NCBI RefSeq assembly: GCF_014696345.1
Contig: NZ_JACJPY010000028.1
Coordinates: 19,151 to 51,150, forward strand
DNA length: 32,000 nt
Direction: 5' to 3'
DNA from: Pseudanabaena cinerea FACHB-1277
Lineage (GTDB): Bacteria > Cyanobacteriota > Cyanobacteriia > Pseudanabaenales > Pseudanabaenaceae
A program made the position numbers and the translations under genes. Shown piece after piece: positions 17,714-26,856 of this stretch (its first letter is position 1; each line of letters begins with the position of its first letter). Under the pieces are notes generated by a model that saw nothing but the letters and a program-made list of their open reading frames with translations, was not told where the DNA came from and did not search any database.

Positions 17714-17917
17714 TTAGTCGATCGAAATTGATTGTGGACCATCTTTTTTGCCATTACTATCAGCAGAAACAACTGTTGGTGAAGCCCCTTGCTTTTCGAG
17801 CCAACTCTTGAGCGGATCTTGCTGAAGATCCAGTTTGAGAAAGCCTGAAACGAGTCCACCAAAAAAGGCGACAGGCTGCCCTAAGAACTCATTGACAATC
17901 GGTTTTAACTCGTCCAT
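17714..17917 (-). CDS. small hypothetical protein (67 aa)
   Basis: ATG start, with a hydrophobic/glycine segment VAFFGGLVSGFL. An inverted repeat, GATCGACTA (17680-17688) / TAGTCGATC (17715-17723), spans its stop codon and may act as a terminator. Confidence 0.5.
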   Translation of the reverse strand: MDELKPIVNEFLGQPVAFFGGLVSGFLKLDLQQDPLKSWLEKQGASPTVVSADSNGKKDGPQSISID

Positions 17918-17980
17918 AGGAATAAATTTAAGATTCTTGTTAAGATGTTTGATGAACTTATGTGCATTGATTGTAGCATT

Positions 17981-18016
17981 GTTACAGCGCTTTGCGCTTA
18001 ATTAAAACCTAGAAAA
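17981..18016. repeat. dispersed ~35-nt motif, copy C
   Basis: GTTACAGCGCTTTGCGCTTAATTAAAACCTAGAAAA, 63 nt upstream of the 67-aa gene ATG. On the minus strand a TACAAT hexamer (17975-17970) follows the motif after 5 nt. Confidence 0.75.
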
Positions 18017-18330
18017 TTTTTCGGAATTGGCTCTCAGCAAAGATTCCAAAAGTTTCTCTGGAATACTCAAAGCTGCCATAGGCTGTAACTATTTTGAAAT
18101 CACTTTATGAAATCACTTCACGACTAGCCCTTTGCCTTGTCCGCGAAAACTTTGCTGTTTTTTTAGATGGTTACGTGTTTATTCTAAAAGCAAGGGTTTT
18201 GAATTTTCACTTTACCCGCGGCAAAATGAAAACAGCTATAAAATAGCTAATTCTCGCCATATCATAGTTAAATCGATCAATGCACTCTGGCCAATTTATC
18301 CAAGAGTGGCTAATCTAGAGAATACTTTCG

Positions 18331-20010
18331 ATGACCACGCTAAACCCTTCCACCCTTCGCCGCCTTCAAAAGCTCAAACATTCAAATGCTGTTTGGGAGG
18401 GCGATCGCCGTTCTTTGCCAGCGAAGATCCGCCATCAGTCAGACTCTTCTAATATCATTCCCCTCCATAACCGTGAAGAGGAGTCCACGCCCCATTGCAT
18501 TTTGTGGGTCGATGGCTCAATGGGAATGGTGCGCTCAATGGATGTGGTAGAAACTAATGTGGGGCAAGAAGCCTTTGTCCGCGCTTTGTTGCAGGCAATG
18601 GAACATCCCCAAAGCCCAGCCCAACCATCTCGCCCTCAAAAGATTCTGGTATGCGATCGCGAACTACAATTTTACCTGCGTGGCGTTTTACAGGACTTGG
18701 GCATTACCGTTGAGTATGTCGAAAGGCTACCGCTTATCGATGAAATCTTTTCCCACATTCTCGAAAGCTTTGCTGCTAACCCGCCCCTAGTGCCAGATAA
18801 ATATGCAGCGACCCTATATCGACAATCGGAAGCACTATGGCAAAATGAGCCTTGGGAAGGACTATGGGATCATCAAGTCATCGCGATTAAGTTAGATCGT
18901 TGGGATCTAGATACGCTTTATGCGATCGTCATGGGCAGAATGGGGCTAGAGCGTGGAGTGATTTTTTACCGCAGTGAGGCATCTTTAGTCAAATTCCGCC
19001 AACGTATTATCGCGGGTAGCTCTGAAGATGAAATGGAAGAGACTTTTTTACATCAAGATTGTTTATTTAATCTCTTTGAAACTCCCGAAGCCAATGATGA
19101 GCCTTTTGCTGCGCCCCGCAATCTGTTCTTCAATTTGCCTAGTGCTAAGCCCCAGATGAAACCCATCTATGGCACATTACATCCCCTTGAAGGTGGTCGT
19201 CCCTATCTCTACGATGAGGAGGCGATCGCCCTAACCGTTGCCCTAGAAGCTTTTAATAAATTTTGGGAACAACATGGCAAACGCATCTCCCAAAAGTTTA
19301 GTGCCATATCTAGTACCTATAGTATCTATGCTCCCAATTTTGACAATGAAGCGGAGGAGCAGATAGAGGTATCGGTCAAAACCATGCCCGATCTCGCATC
19401 GGAGTTAAATCAGTTATCGGAAAGGGCGGTTGATTTTGACGATGACGATTCACCTATTATTCACGAAGATATCTTCCCAGATAATAGTTTCATTGATATG
19501 GTGACTTTGCCATGGGATAATGTTGAATTTTTAAGGAATACTAATATTTATCAACAAATTGGCGATCGCAGTCCCGCCGTGATCGCTAATCGCAAGGGTG
19601 AGGGTGTGCCAGCCCTATTAATTCAAACGTCGCGCCCCAAGGCAATGGAACTCATCAACAAAATCAAGGACTTCGACGGCATCAAGTCACTATGCTTCAA
19701 TCCTGCGGAAGACTTTTTTGGCAATCAATGTCATCTTGGGCTAATGATTATGGGGAATGCCGACATTCATTTGTTTGGTGAGTTTGACAAGCCCACGGTC
19801 AATGGCGATCATTTCAAACGTTGGAAGCAACGGGCTAAAAACTGCAAGGGCAATATTGCGGTAATCATTGCAATGGGAGTCACGGGGGCAACCAAGGGCA
19901 AACCCGCTCCTCGCCATGTATTGGCATATTATGAAATCAAACTCATCGATGCTAAAGAACTGGGGCTAGGCAAATTATTGGCTCAACCCGCCTTCGACAT
20001 TGACTTTTAG
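18331..20010 (+). CDS. large hypothetical protein (no domain recognised)
   Basis: 559-aa ORF with an ATG start, HIP1 sites inside and native composition. It is preceded by a 413-nt intergenic region. Confidence 0.7.
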   Translation: MTTLNPSTLRRLQKLKHSNAVWEGDRRSLPAKIRHQSDSSNIIPLHNREEESTPHCILWVDGSMGMVRSMDVVETNVGQEAFVRALLQAMEHPQSPAQPSRPQKILVCDRELQFYLRGVLQDLGITVEYVERLPLIDEIFSHILESFAANPPLVPDKYAATLYRQSEALWQNEPWEGLWDHQVIAIKLDRWDLDTLYAIVMGRMGLERGVIFYRSEASLVKFRQRIIAGSSEDEMEETFLHQDCLFNLFETPEANDEPFAAPRNLFFNLPSAKPQMKPIYGTLHPLEGGRPYLYDEEAIALTVALEAFNKFWEQHGKRISQKFSAISSTYSIYAPNFDNEAEEQIEVSVKTMPDLASELNQLSERAVDFDDDDSPIIHEDIFPDNSFIDMVTLPWDNVEFLRNTNIYQQIGDRSPAVIANRKGEGVPALLIQTSRPKAMELINKIKDFDGIKSLCFNPAEDFFGNQCHLGLMIMGNADIHLFGEFDKPTVNGDHFKRWKQRAKNCKGNIAVIIAMGVTGATKGKPAPRHVLAYYEIKLIDAKELGLGKLLAQPAFDIDF

Positions 20011-20014
20011 AAAA

Positions 20015-20086
20015 GATCCCCCTCAATCTTCCTTGGCAAGCGAGAAGCAGAAAGTTCTCCTCCTTTTCGATGCGGCAGGGGGGATC
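20015..20086. repeat. 72-nt MITE-like element with 8-bp terminal inverted repeats
   Basis: GATCCCCC (20015-20022) ... GGGGGATC (20079-20086). The interior CCCCTCAATCTTCCTTGGCAAGCGAGAAG resembles the reverse complement of the 11144-11242 units. It begins 5 nt after the stop of the 559-aa gene. Confidence 0.65.
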
Positions 20087-20113
20087 GCATCCTTAAAACG
20101 AAAATAACAAGAT

Positions 20114-21205
20114 ATGTCTGAACAGATTATTTATCGTATCCTTGATGCCAATCTTGATCGCGCCCGTGAAGCGATTCGCACCATCGAAGAATGGTGTCGG
20201 TTTGGGCTAGAAAATCGGCATCTCTGCGATCGCTGTAAGCAAATGCGGCAAACATTAGGGCAGTGGCATCGGGAAGAATTTCGCCGCGCCCGTAATACGG
20301 ACGATGATCCTGCCACCGATCTTAATCATGCTCAAGAATTACAGCGTACTGACATCCAAGCTGTACTAAGGGCAAATATGGCAAGGCTACAGGAAGCGCT
20401 ACGGGTTTTGGAAGAATATAGCAAGGTGATTGATCCGCAAATGGGGGCGGCGGTGAAGCAAATGCGCTATGGGGTCTATAGCCTAGAGAGTGAGCTAATC
20501 AACCATACGGCTGCTAATCGTGATCATGATCATAATCTTGATCTTGGGCAAGTGCGCCGCCGCAAGTTGCAAACAGCAAAGCTATATTTAGTGACGATGC
20601 CTGTGGATAATATCATTGCTGTTGTGGAATCAGCCTTACAGGGTGGGGTTGATATTGTGCAGTTTCGCCAAAAGGACGGCGATGATCAGCCAAGATTTGT
20701 CATTGCCCAAGCCCTTTGCCAGCTTTGCCATCGCTATGGAGCGCTATTTATTGTTAATGACCGCGTGGATATTGCGATCGCTGTTGGTGCAGATGGTATC
20801 CATGTGGGACAAACTGACTTACCCGTAAGCGTAGTTCGCCAGATTCTGAATGCCAATGGCAATGGGGCTGACCAATATATCATTGGGCAGTCAACCACCA
20901 ATCCCGAAGAATTGACGATCGCCTTGCAAAATCAGGTCGACTATATCGGCGTGGGACCAGTTTATGCCACCCCCACCAAGCCCAATAAACCCGCATCTGG
21001 GCATGATTATGTGCAGTATGCTGCCAAAAATGTGGAGATTCCTTGGTTTGCGATCGGGGGCATTGATGCTACGAATCTCGTTGAGGCGATCGCCTCAGGT
21101 GCAGAACGGGTGGCGATCGTCCGCGCCCTCATGCAAGCCGAGCAGCCCCATCTCATTGCCCAACAAATGAAAGCGATGCTAAATAAGGGCTACACAAGAA
21201 AATAA
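20114..21205 (+). CDS. thiE: thiamine-phosphate synthase with a cyanobacterial-type N-terminal extension
   Basis: The C-terminal half has ThiE motifs: LYLVT, VQFRQKD, FIVNDRVDIAIAVGADGIHVGQTDLP, YIGVGPVYATPTK and FAIGGI. The N-terminal ~150 aa (YRILDANLDRAREAIR...) matches the extension seen in cyanobacterial ThiE. Confidence 0.85.
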   Translation: MSEQIIYRILDANLDRAREAIRTIEEWCRFGLENRHLCDRCKQMRQTLGQWHREEFRRARNTDDDPATDLNHAQELQRTDIQAVLRANMARLQEALRVLEEYSKVIDPQMGAAVKQMRYGVYSLESELINHTAANRDHDHNLDLGQVRRRKLQTAKLYLVTMPVDNIIAVVESALQGGVDIVQFRQKDGDDQPRFVIAQALCQLCHRYGALFIVNDRVDIAIAVGADGIHVGQTDLPVSVVRQILNANGNGADQYIIGQSTTNPEELTIALQNQVDYIGVGPVYATPTKPNKPASGHDYVQYAAKNVEIPWFAIGGIDATNLVEAIASGAERVAIVRALMQAEQPHLIAQQMKAMLNKGYTRK

Positions 21206-21206
21206 A

Positions 21207-21256
21207 GAACCGATTTTTAGTGGCGCGGCTTCGCCGCGCCACTAAAAATTTGGTTC
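21207..21256. terminator. bidirectional terminator hairpin between thiE and glcD
   Basis: GAACCGATTTTTAGTGGCGCGGC, loop TTC, GCCGCGCCACTAAAAATTTGGTTC. This is a roughly 23-bp stem with one mismatch, and each arm contains a T-run or A-run. Confidence 0.8.
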
Positions 21257-21297
21257 CTTATTAAATCGCAGAACCCTAACCATTAAAAACAAAATCA

Positions 21298-22800
21298 TTA
21301 AAAGCGATCGCTTAGTTTGTATTTAGCATCATGACTAGGTTTTGCCCCCTCACCACAGGTGCGTGGGGTTGGCAAGATTTTGGTGGGGTTGGCAATGCCC
21401 TTAGGGTCAAAAGTGTCCCGTAACCAGCGCATGGTTTCTAAATCCGTTTCACTAAACATTTCTGGCATATAGCATTTCTTATCTGCGCCAATGCCATGCT
21501 CACCCGAAATACTGCCGCCCACCCTGACACAGAGTTTGAGAATCTCACCGCCTAATTCCTCAACGGTTTCGAGAGCGCCAGCTTCGGCATTGTTGTACAA
21601 AATAAGTGGGTGCAAATTGCCATCACCCGCATGAAACACATTGGCAACATGGTAGCCATATTGTTCGCTTAATTTCGCGATTTCCTGCAATACATAGGTG
21701 AGCTTAGTGCGAGGAATTACGCCATCCTGTACATAATAATCGGGACTGAGGCGACCCATTGCGGCAAAGGCAGCTTTACGCCCTTTCCAAAGTCTTAACC
21801 TCTGTTCGGGTTCGGTGGCGATCGCCACATTTCGCGCCCCATTTTGATAACAGATTGCCTCCACCCGTTTGGCACTTTCGGCAACCTCACTGGCTAATCC
21901 ATCAATTTCAATAAGTAGAATTGCCGCCGCATCACGGGGATAGCAATTAGTCGCCACCGTATCTTCAACAGCATTAATACTCATATTGTCCATGATTTCC
22001 ATGCCGCCTGGGATCAATCCTGCACCAATCACATCGGAAACCGTTGCCCCTGCGGCTTCAACATTGGTAAAGTCGGCAAGCAAAACTTGAATAGATTCTG
22101 CGGATTTAAGAATTTTGAGAGTAATTTCTGTGGCAATGCCCAAGGTTCCTTCAGAACCCACAAACACACCCGTAAGATCATAGCCAGGAGCCTCTGGGAT
22201 CTTGCCGCCGATATCTTTCACTTCGCCATTGGGAAGCACAATTTTTAAACCTAAAACATGGTTGGTGGTCACGCCATATTTCAAGCAATGCACCCCGCCA
22301 GAATTTTCAGCGACATTACCACCGATGGAGCAGATCACCTGACTGGAAGGATCGGGAGCATAATAAAAGCCAGAACCACTAACCGCCTGTGTCACCCAAT
22401 TATTAATCACCCCTGGTTGAACGACCACACGCTGATTTTCAAAATCCACCTCTAGAATTTTATTCATGCGTGAGGTGACGATCAGCATGGAGTTGGCAAG
22501 GGGCAATGCGCCGCCCGATAGCCCTGTCCCCGATCCACGGGCGACAAAGGGGATTTGGTGGCGATCGCAGACCTTAACCACTGCCGCCACTTCAGCAGTG
22601 CTGCGCGGCAACACCACAAGGGCGGGCTGTTGTTTATAGCTAGTTAAACCATCGCATTCATAGGCAAGCAATTCTTCGCGGGTACGCACCACATAGCGAT
22701 CGCCCACAATCGTGGCTAATTCAGAGGCGATCGCCTGCCAGTCAATGGAGCTTGAATTTGGAGGCGATGAGATATGTAAACTAGGGGCGATCGCTGTCAT
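21298..22800 (-). CDS. glcD: FAD-linked glycolate oxidase subunit GlcD
   Basis: The ATG at 22800 gives MTAIAPSL... It has an FAD-binding PCMH domain (VVLPRSTAEVAAVVKVCDRHQIPFVARGSGTGLSGGALP) and the C-terminal motif GSISGEHGIG. The 36-aa upstream extension in the ORF track is discounted. Confidence 0.85.
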   Translation of the reverse strand: MTAIAPSLHISSPPNSSSIDWQAIASELATIVGDRYVVRTREELLAYECDGLTSYKQQPALVVLPRSTAEVAAVVKVCDRHQIPFVARGSGTGLSGGALPLANSMLIVTSRMNKILEVDFENQRVVVQPGVINNWVTQAVSGSGFYYAPDPSSQVICSIGGNVAENSGGVHCLKYGVTTNHVLGLKIVLPNGEVKDIGGKIPEAPGYDLTGVFVGSEGTLGIATEITLKILKSAESIQVLLADFTNVEAAGATVSDVIGAGLIPGGMEIMDNMSINAVEDTVATNCYPRDAAAILLIEIDGLASEVAESAKRVEAICYQNGARNVAIATEPEQRLRLWKGRKAAFAAMGRLSPDYYVQDGVIPRTKLTYVLQEIAKLSEQYGYHVANVFHAGDGNLHPLILYNNAEAGALETVEELGGEILKLCVRVGGSISGEHGIGADKKCYMPEMFSETDLETMRWLRDTFDPKGIANPTKILPTPRTCGEGAKPSHDAKYKLSDRF

Positions 22801-23035
22801 AGGGCAAACACTTTTAAATACTGGAATAAATGTTGGGATAAATACTGGGAAATTTAATATAACTAGACTCCAATTATAGGTTATCCTAGACAAGCTGTTA
22901 AAAAACACACGCTTGAGGTTTCGGGTGTTTTTTAGTTTTTAAAATCTTGCCAAAGCCTTGCAAGCATAAAATTTTAAAAATTACGAAATTCCATCTCAGG
23001 CGCAAGGATAAACCCGAACAAAGGAGAAAACTTAA

Positions 23036-23815
23036 ATGGGAGTCGTCACCCTAGCCCAATTGCTAGAGTCTGGAGTTCACTTCGGGCATCAAACCCGTCG
23101 TTGGAATCCCAAAATGGAGCCATACATCTTTACCGAGCGTAATGGCGTTCATATCATTGATCTTGTGCAAACCGCCCAATACCTCGAAGAGGCTTACGCC
23201 TATTTGCGTCAAGCTTCAGAACAGGGCAAAAAAGTATTATTTGTTGGCACAAAGCGCCAAGCCGCAGGCTTGATCGCTCAAGAAGCCTCTCGTTGTGGCA
23301 GTTACTTCATCAACCAGCGCTGGCTCGGTGGAATGCTCACCAACTGGACAACGATCAAAACCCGTGTCGATCGCCTCAAGGATCTCGAACGCCGTGACGA
23401 AAGCGGCGCACTCGATCGCCTACCTAAAAAAGAAGCATCCACCCTGCGCCGTGAAATGGAGAAGCTCCGCAAATATCTGGGCGGCATCAAGCTCATGCGT
23501 AAGCCACCTGATATCGTAATTGTGGTTGACCATAAGCGCGAATATAACGCTGTACAAGAATGCCAAAAGCTGCGTATTCCCATCGTCTCTTTGCTAGACA
23601 CCAACTGCGATCCTGACAGCGTTGATATCGGCATTCCTGCCAATGATGACGCAATTCGCTCCATCAAACTAATCGTCGGTAAGCTTGCCGATGCCATTTA
23701 CGAAGGTCGTCATGGCGATATCGAAGACATCGAGTACGAAATTTCTGCCGAAGAAGCAGAAGCATTAGTTGATGAAGATGCAATCATTACTGGTGACGAA
23801 GAGGAAGAAGTTTAA
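23036..23815 (+). CDS. rpsB: 30S ribosomal protein S2
   Basis: [36 protein letters not shown] and an acidic C-terminal tail. AAGGAG lies 8 nt upstream of the ATG. Confidence 0.95.
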   Translation: MGVVTLAQLLESGVHFGHQTRRWNPKMEPYIFTERNGVHIIDLVQTAQYLEEAYAYLRQASEQGKKVLFVGTKRQAAGLIAQEASRCGSYFINQRWLGGMLTNWTTIKTRVDRLKDLERRDESGALDRLPKKEASTLRREMEKLRKYLGGIKLMRKPPDIVIVVDHKREYNAVQECQKLRIPIVSLLDTNCDPDSVDIGIPANDDAIRSIKLIVGKLADAIYEGRHGDIEDIEYEISAEEAEALVDEDAIITGDEEEEV

Positions 23816-23887
23816 GAACTTCTTGCCAATCCCTCACCAATTTAACTAACTGTCAAACCTTCCCAATTTGTATTAGGACAAATCAGC

Positions 23888-23937
23888 AAAGCCCAAGATA
23901 AGAGTGGTAAGCCTACTCGCTTCTTGGCTTTGTTTCC
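23888..23937 (+). terminator. probable rpsB terminator
   Basis: AAAGCC(C)AAGA (23888-23898) pairs with TCTTGGCTTT (23922-23931), with an inner GAGT/ACTC stem, followed by GTTTCC. The loop is long and the U-tract is interrupted. Confidence 0.45.
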
Positions 23938-24060
23938 TAATAAAACTGGCGATCGCTAGATTAAAAACTGGCACAATAATTTGATCTCATTTGATTTTAA
24001 ATTATGCAAGTGCTAACATAAGAAACGCTGAAAAATTTACCCGAATATATTCCTAAGACT

Positions 24061-24375
24061 GTGGCACCTCAACAACAAAAGATTCGGATTCGTCTCAAAG
24101 CTTTCGATCATCGCCTGCTAGACTCATCCTGCGAAAAAATCGTCGAAACTGCTAATCGGACCAATGCGGCTGCCGTCGGCCCCATCCCCCTCCCTACTCG
24201 TCGTCGTATTTACTGCGTCCTCAGATCTCCCCACGTTGACAAGGACTCCCGCGAGCATTTTGAAACCCGCACCCATAGTCGGATTATCGACATCTATCAA
24301 CCCTCTGCTAAAACCATTGATGCGCTGATGAAGCTAGATTTGGCGGCAGGTGTTGACATTGAAGTTAAATTGTAA
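24061..24375 (+). CDS. rpsJ: 30S ribosomal protein S10
   Basis: [69 protein letters not shown]...DIEVKL is a near-canonical S10 sequence. The start is GTG at 24061. Confidence 0.9.
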   Translation: MAPQQQKIRIRLKAFDHRLLDSSCEKIVETANRTNAAAVGPIPLPTRRRIYCVLRSPHVDKDSREHFETRTHSRIIDIYQPSAKTIDALMKLDLAAGVDIEVKL

Positions 24376-24398
24376 AAATTTGAAAATCCCAAAAAAGA

Positions 24399-24431
24399 GA
24401 GAGTGGCAGTGCTTTGCGCTGCCACTCTTTT
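24399..24431 (+). terminator. rpsJ terminator hairpin
   Basis: GAGTGGCAGTGC (24401-24412), loop TTT, GCGCTGCCACTC (24416-24427). This is a 12-bp stem with one G-U pair, followed by TTTTG. Confidence 0.75.
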
Positions 24432-24497
24432 GTCATTTCTTATTTTGGTATAAACTCGCTAAACTATAGTTGAAAATCGTAGCTCTCAAGAATACAA

Positions 24498-25529
24498 ATG
24501 CTGAAAAAGCTAAGGATTAAATATTTACTGGTAGCTCTCATGGCAGCGATCGCCACCATTGCGATCGCTATATTTCCAGCGCTGACGATGGGAAATGGAC
24601 TGCTACAGGCGCAAAACCAACCTCAAGCAAGCCCCACCTTGGCTCAAGGCAAGCCAGTAGAAACAAACCTAACCACGGTGAGTTTGCAAAATGCAGGGCT
24701 CCAGTTACAAGAAGTTGCACAGGGCATCTATGCACTGGTTGCCAGCACTGATTTCCCCCCCGCCAGCCCCACCGTTGCCATTTGTAACGGCGGCTTCATC
24801 ATCGGCAGCGATGGCGTATTGGTGATTGATCCTTTTCAAACCCCTGAACTAGGTAATTTGATGATTGCAGTGGTCAAATCCCTGACCGATAAACCTATCA
24901 AATATGTACTAAATACCCATTATCACTTTGATCACACTGGTGGCAATGCTACCTTTGCGAGGCTTGATATTCCCGTTATGGGGCGGGGGGTGATTCGAGA
25001 ATATATCCAGAGTGGTAAGAATAATACGGCTGGAGTAACACCTCCGACGGTGATTATTAATAGCCAAACCGATCTCTGGCTAGGCGATCGCTTAGTACGC
25101 ATTGAGCGTGTTGATGGTCATTCCGCAGGAACTGATCTCGTTGCCTATGTGCCTGATGCTAAAATTCTATTCACTGGCGATATGGTTTTTAACAAGCGCA
25201 TTCCTTACACAGGCGACAGCGATATCCGTCAATGGCAAGGTAGTTTGTATCGCCTCATTGCCACCTATCCAGAGGCTAAAGTTGTGCCTGGACATGGTGA
25301 TGTGACTGATGTTACGGGGCTACAAGCACAACAGGCTTATTTTAGTTGGCTAGAGCGCACTGCCCTAGAATGGAAATCTCAGATCTTATCTAAAGAACAG
25401 GTATTGGAGAAGTTTGCGAAGGTTCCTGATGCTTATAAGGATTTCAAATTTAAGGCAATTTATCCTCTGAATTTAGAATCTGCCTATGAGCAGTTTACGC
25501 GCAGTAAAACAATTCCTCTAATTCCTTAA
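24498..25529 (+). CDS. secreted or membrane-anchored MBL-fold metallo-hydrolase
   Basis: HYHFDHTGG (the HxHxDH motif) and later GHG/GDM histidine and aspartate ligands. An N-terminal hydrophobic signal-like segment reads LLVALMAAIATIAIAIFPAL. Confidence 0.8.
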   Translation: MLKKLRIKYLLVALMAAIATIAIAIFPALTMGNGLLQAQNQPQASPTLAQGKPVETNLTTVSLQNAGLQLQEVAQGIYALVASTDFPPASPTVAICNGGFIIGSDGVLVIDPFQTPELGNLMIAVVKSLTDKPIKYVLNTHYHFDHTGGNATFARLDIPVMGRGVIREYIQSGKNNTAGVTPPTVIINSQTDLWLGDRLVRIERVDGHSAGTDLVAYVPDAKILFTGDMVFNKRIPYTGDSDIRQWQGSLYRLIATYPEAKVVPGHGDVTDVTGLQAQQAYFSWLERTALEWKSQILSKEQVLEKFAKVPDAYKDFKFKAIYPLNLESAYEQFTRSKTIPLIP

Positions 25530-25562
25530 TAGAGATTTTTAAAATCTCAACTAATAAAAAGC

Positions 25563-25796
25563 TTGAAATCATTACCAAGAAATAATTTCAAGTTCTTTAT
25601 GATTAGGAATAAGAATTTATTAACCCCAAAGGTGATAGAGGCTAAGTACACCTTTCCACCTTTGGACATTGATTGCAGAAGTTGTTTTAATTATTCCTTA
25701 AATGTTTCGGGTCTTTTGGATACTGGCTCTAGTGTTAATGTCTTACCTTATGACATGGGGTTAGCATTAGGTGCAATCTTGGAAAATCAAAGCTAA
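25563..25796 (+). pseudogene. truncated retropepsin-like aspartic protease fragment
   Basis: GLLDTGSSVNVLPYDMGLALG carries the D-T-G-S active-site signature. The ORF has a TTG start, ends about 25 aa after the motif and abuts the IS remnant. It is AT-rich. Confidence 0.35.
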
Positions 25797-25858
25797 TATA
25801 AAGCTAATATTATGTTTCACGACACCTGAAGCTGTGAACAAAGTGCTAAGAGCCTTAA

Positions 25859-26748
25859 TTGAGTCTATGCCTCAATCATCAGTTGGCTAAAACTATGGTA
25901 ATTGCTCAACCTAGAAAAATCAAAGAAAAAAAGGTCGAAAAGTGGGAAAATGACAGGATGAAAGAACTTCCCAATCTCAAGGAGCTAACAGAAGAAGTGA
26001 AAGAAGCCTTGATAGTGGAATTATGGGAAAAAACACAAAAGTTAGAGAAACCGCTAGAAAAGAAACCAAAGAAAACGTCAAAAAACTCCAGCCTACCACC
26101 AGCGCGAGGATTTAAAGCTCAAACAAAAAGTGGAAGAGAAAGGGAATGACCAGCAGCGAACTAGTAGCATAGGGAGAGAAGGAGGAGTTCGTCCGTTGAG
26201 TGAAGCTCCAGACCAAATCATCAAAGCCACCGTAAAAAGTTGTGCAGAATGATGCAGCAGATGATGTCGGAAGTGTTCGGATTAGAGATTTCAGAAGGGG
26301 CGATCGCCAACCTGCTGATGCGCGTGCAAGGACAACTAGAGAATGAGGTAGAGAATATCCTCAAAGGAGTCAGAAGCGCTCGACTGATATGCAGTGATGA
26401 AACAAGTGCGAGAGTAAATGGCAAAAACGAGTGGGAATGGGTATTTCAAAACGACCAAGTCTGTTTTCATATCATCCGTCCATCCAGAGGTGGTGATGTC
26501 TTCAAAGAAGTGGTGGCAGAACACCAGCCCGAAGTATGGGTATCAGACTTATATAGCTCCCAGAAGACACATCCCGCCATTGGGGTCGAGATTTATTTGC
26601 GATGGTTCGCTCTATTGTTAATACTGGAAAGAGACATGGTTTATCCACTTTTGAATCGATTCTTGCTGCTTTGAATCCCCTCAAATCCCTATTTTCTCTA
26701 ATGCGATCGCCCAGATTGACTTCACGCTTGGCAGTGTTGACAGCTTGA
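25859..26748 (+). mobile_element. decayed IS66-family transposase (frameshifted, with internal deletions)
   Basis: Four fragments lie in different frames. (1) 25859-26149: LKELTEEVKEALIVELWEK...KKTSKNSSLPP, the IS66 N-terminal coiled coil. (2) About 26150-26255: IGREGGVRPLSEAPDQIIKATVKSCAE. (3) 26240-26580: MSEVFGLEISEGAIANLL...ICSDETSARVNGKNEWEWVF...VWVSDLYSSQ, the DDE core. (4) 26557-26748: FAMVRSIVNTGKRHGLSTFESILAALNP, the C-terminus. About 0.9 kb remains of an expected ~1.5 kb. I could not identify terminal inverted repeats. Confidence 0.7.
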
Positions 26749-26856
26749 GTTAGTAATTTACCTAGCGATGCCCCCGACATTAATTTTGACCCGTTTAATA
26801 GGCAACAGGAGCGATCAAGGCAAAATTACCAACGATCGCCCCTTTTGCTAATGTTT

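Noticed and set aside
17966-17990. NtcA or HLR1 (RpaB) site within the dispersed motif
   Set aside because: On the minus strand, GTA and TAC are separated by 7 nt rather than 8, so it is not an NtcA box. Only a single GTTACA hexamer is present, without a second half-site 2 nt away as HLR1 requires.
20011-20113. TPP riboswitch upstream of thiE
   Set aside because: I could not find the conserved CUGAGA / ACCUGAUCUGGAUAAUGCCAGC-type elements. The interval is occupied by a MITE-like inverted-repeat element.
22893-22935. Terminator-like hairpin AAAAACACACG...CGGGTGTTTTT upstream of rpsB
   Set aside because: The stem is short, AT-rich and mismatched. It lies between divergent gene starts where no transcript needs terminating, so the evidence is too weak to call it an attenuator.
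26502-26780. 92-aa minus-strand ORF in the IS remnant
   Set aside because: The plus strand here carries recognisable IS66 C-terminal sequence (VNTGKRHGLSTFESILAALNP). The antisense ORF has no features.
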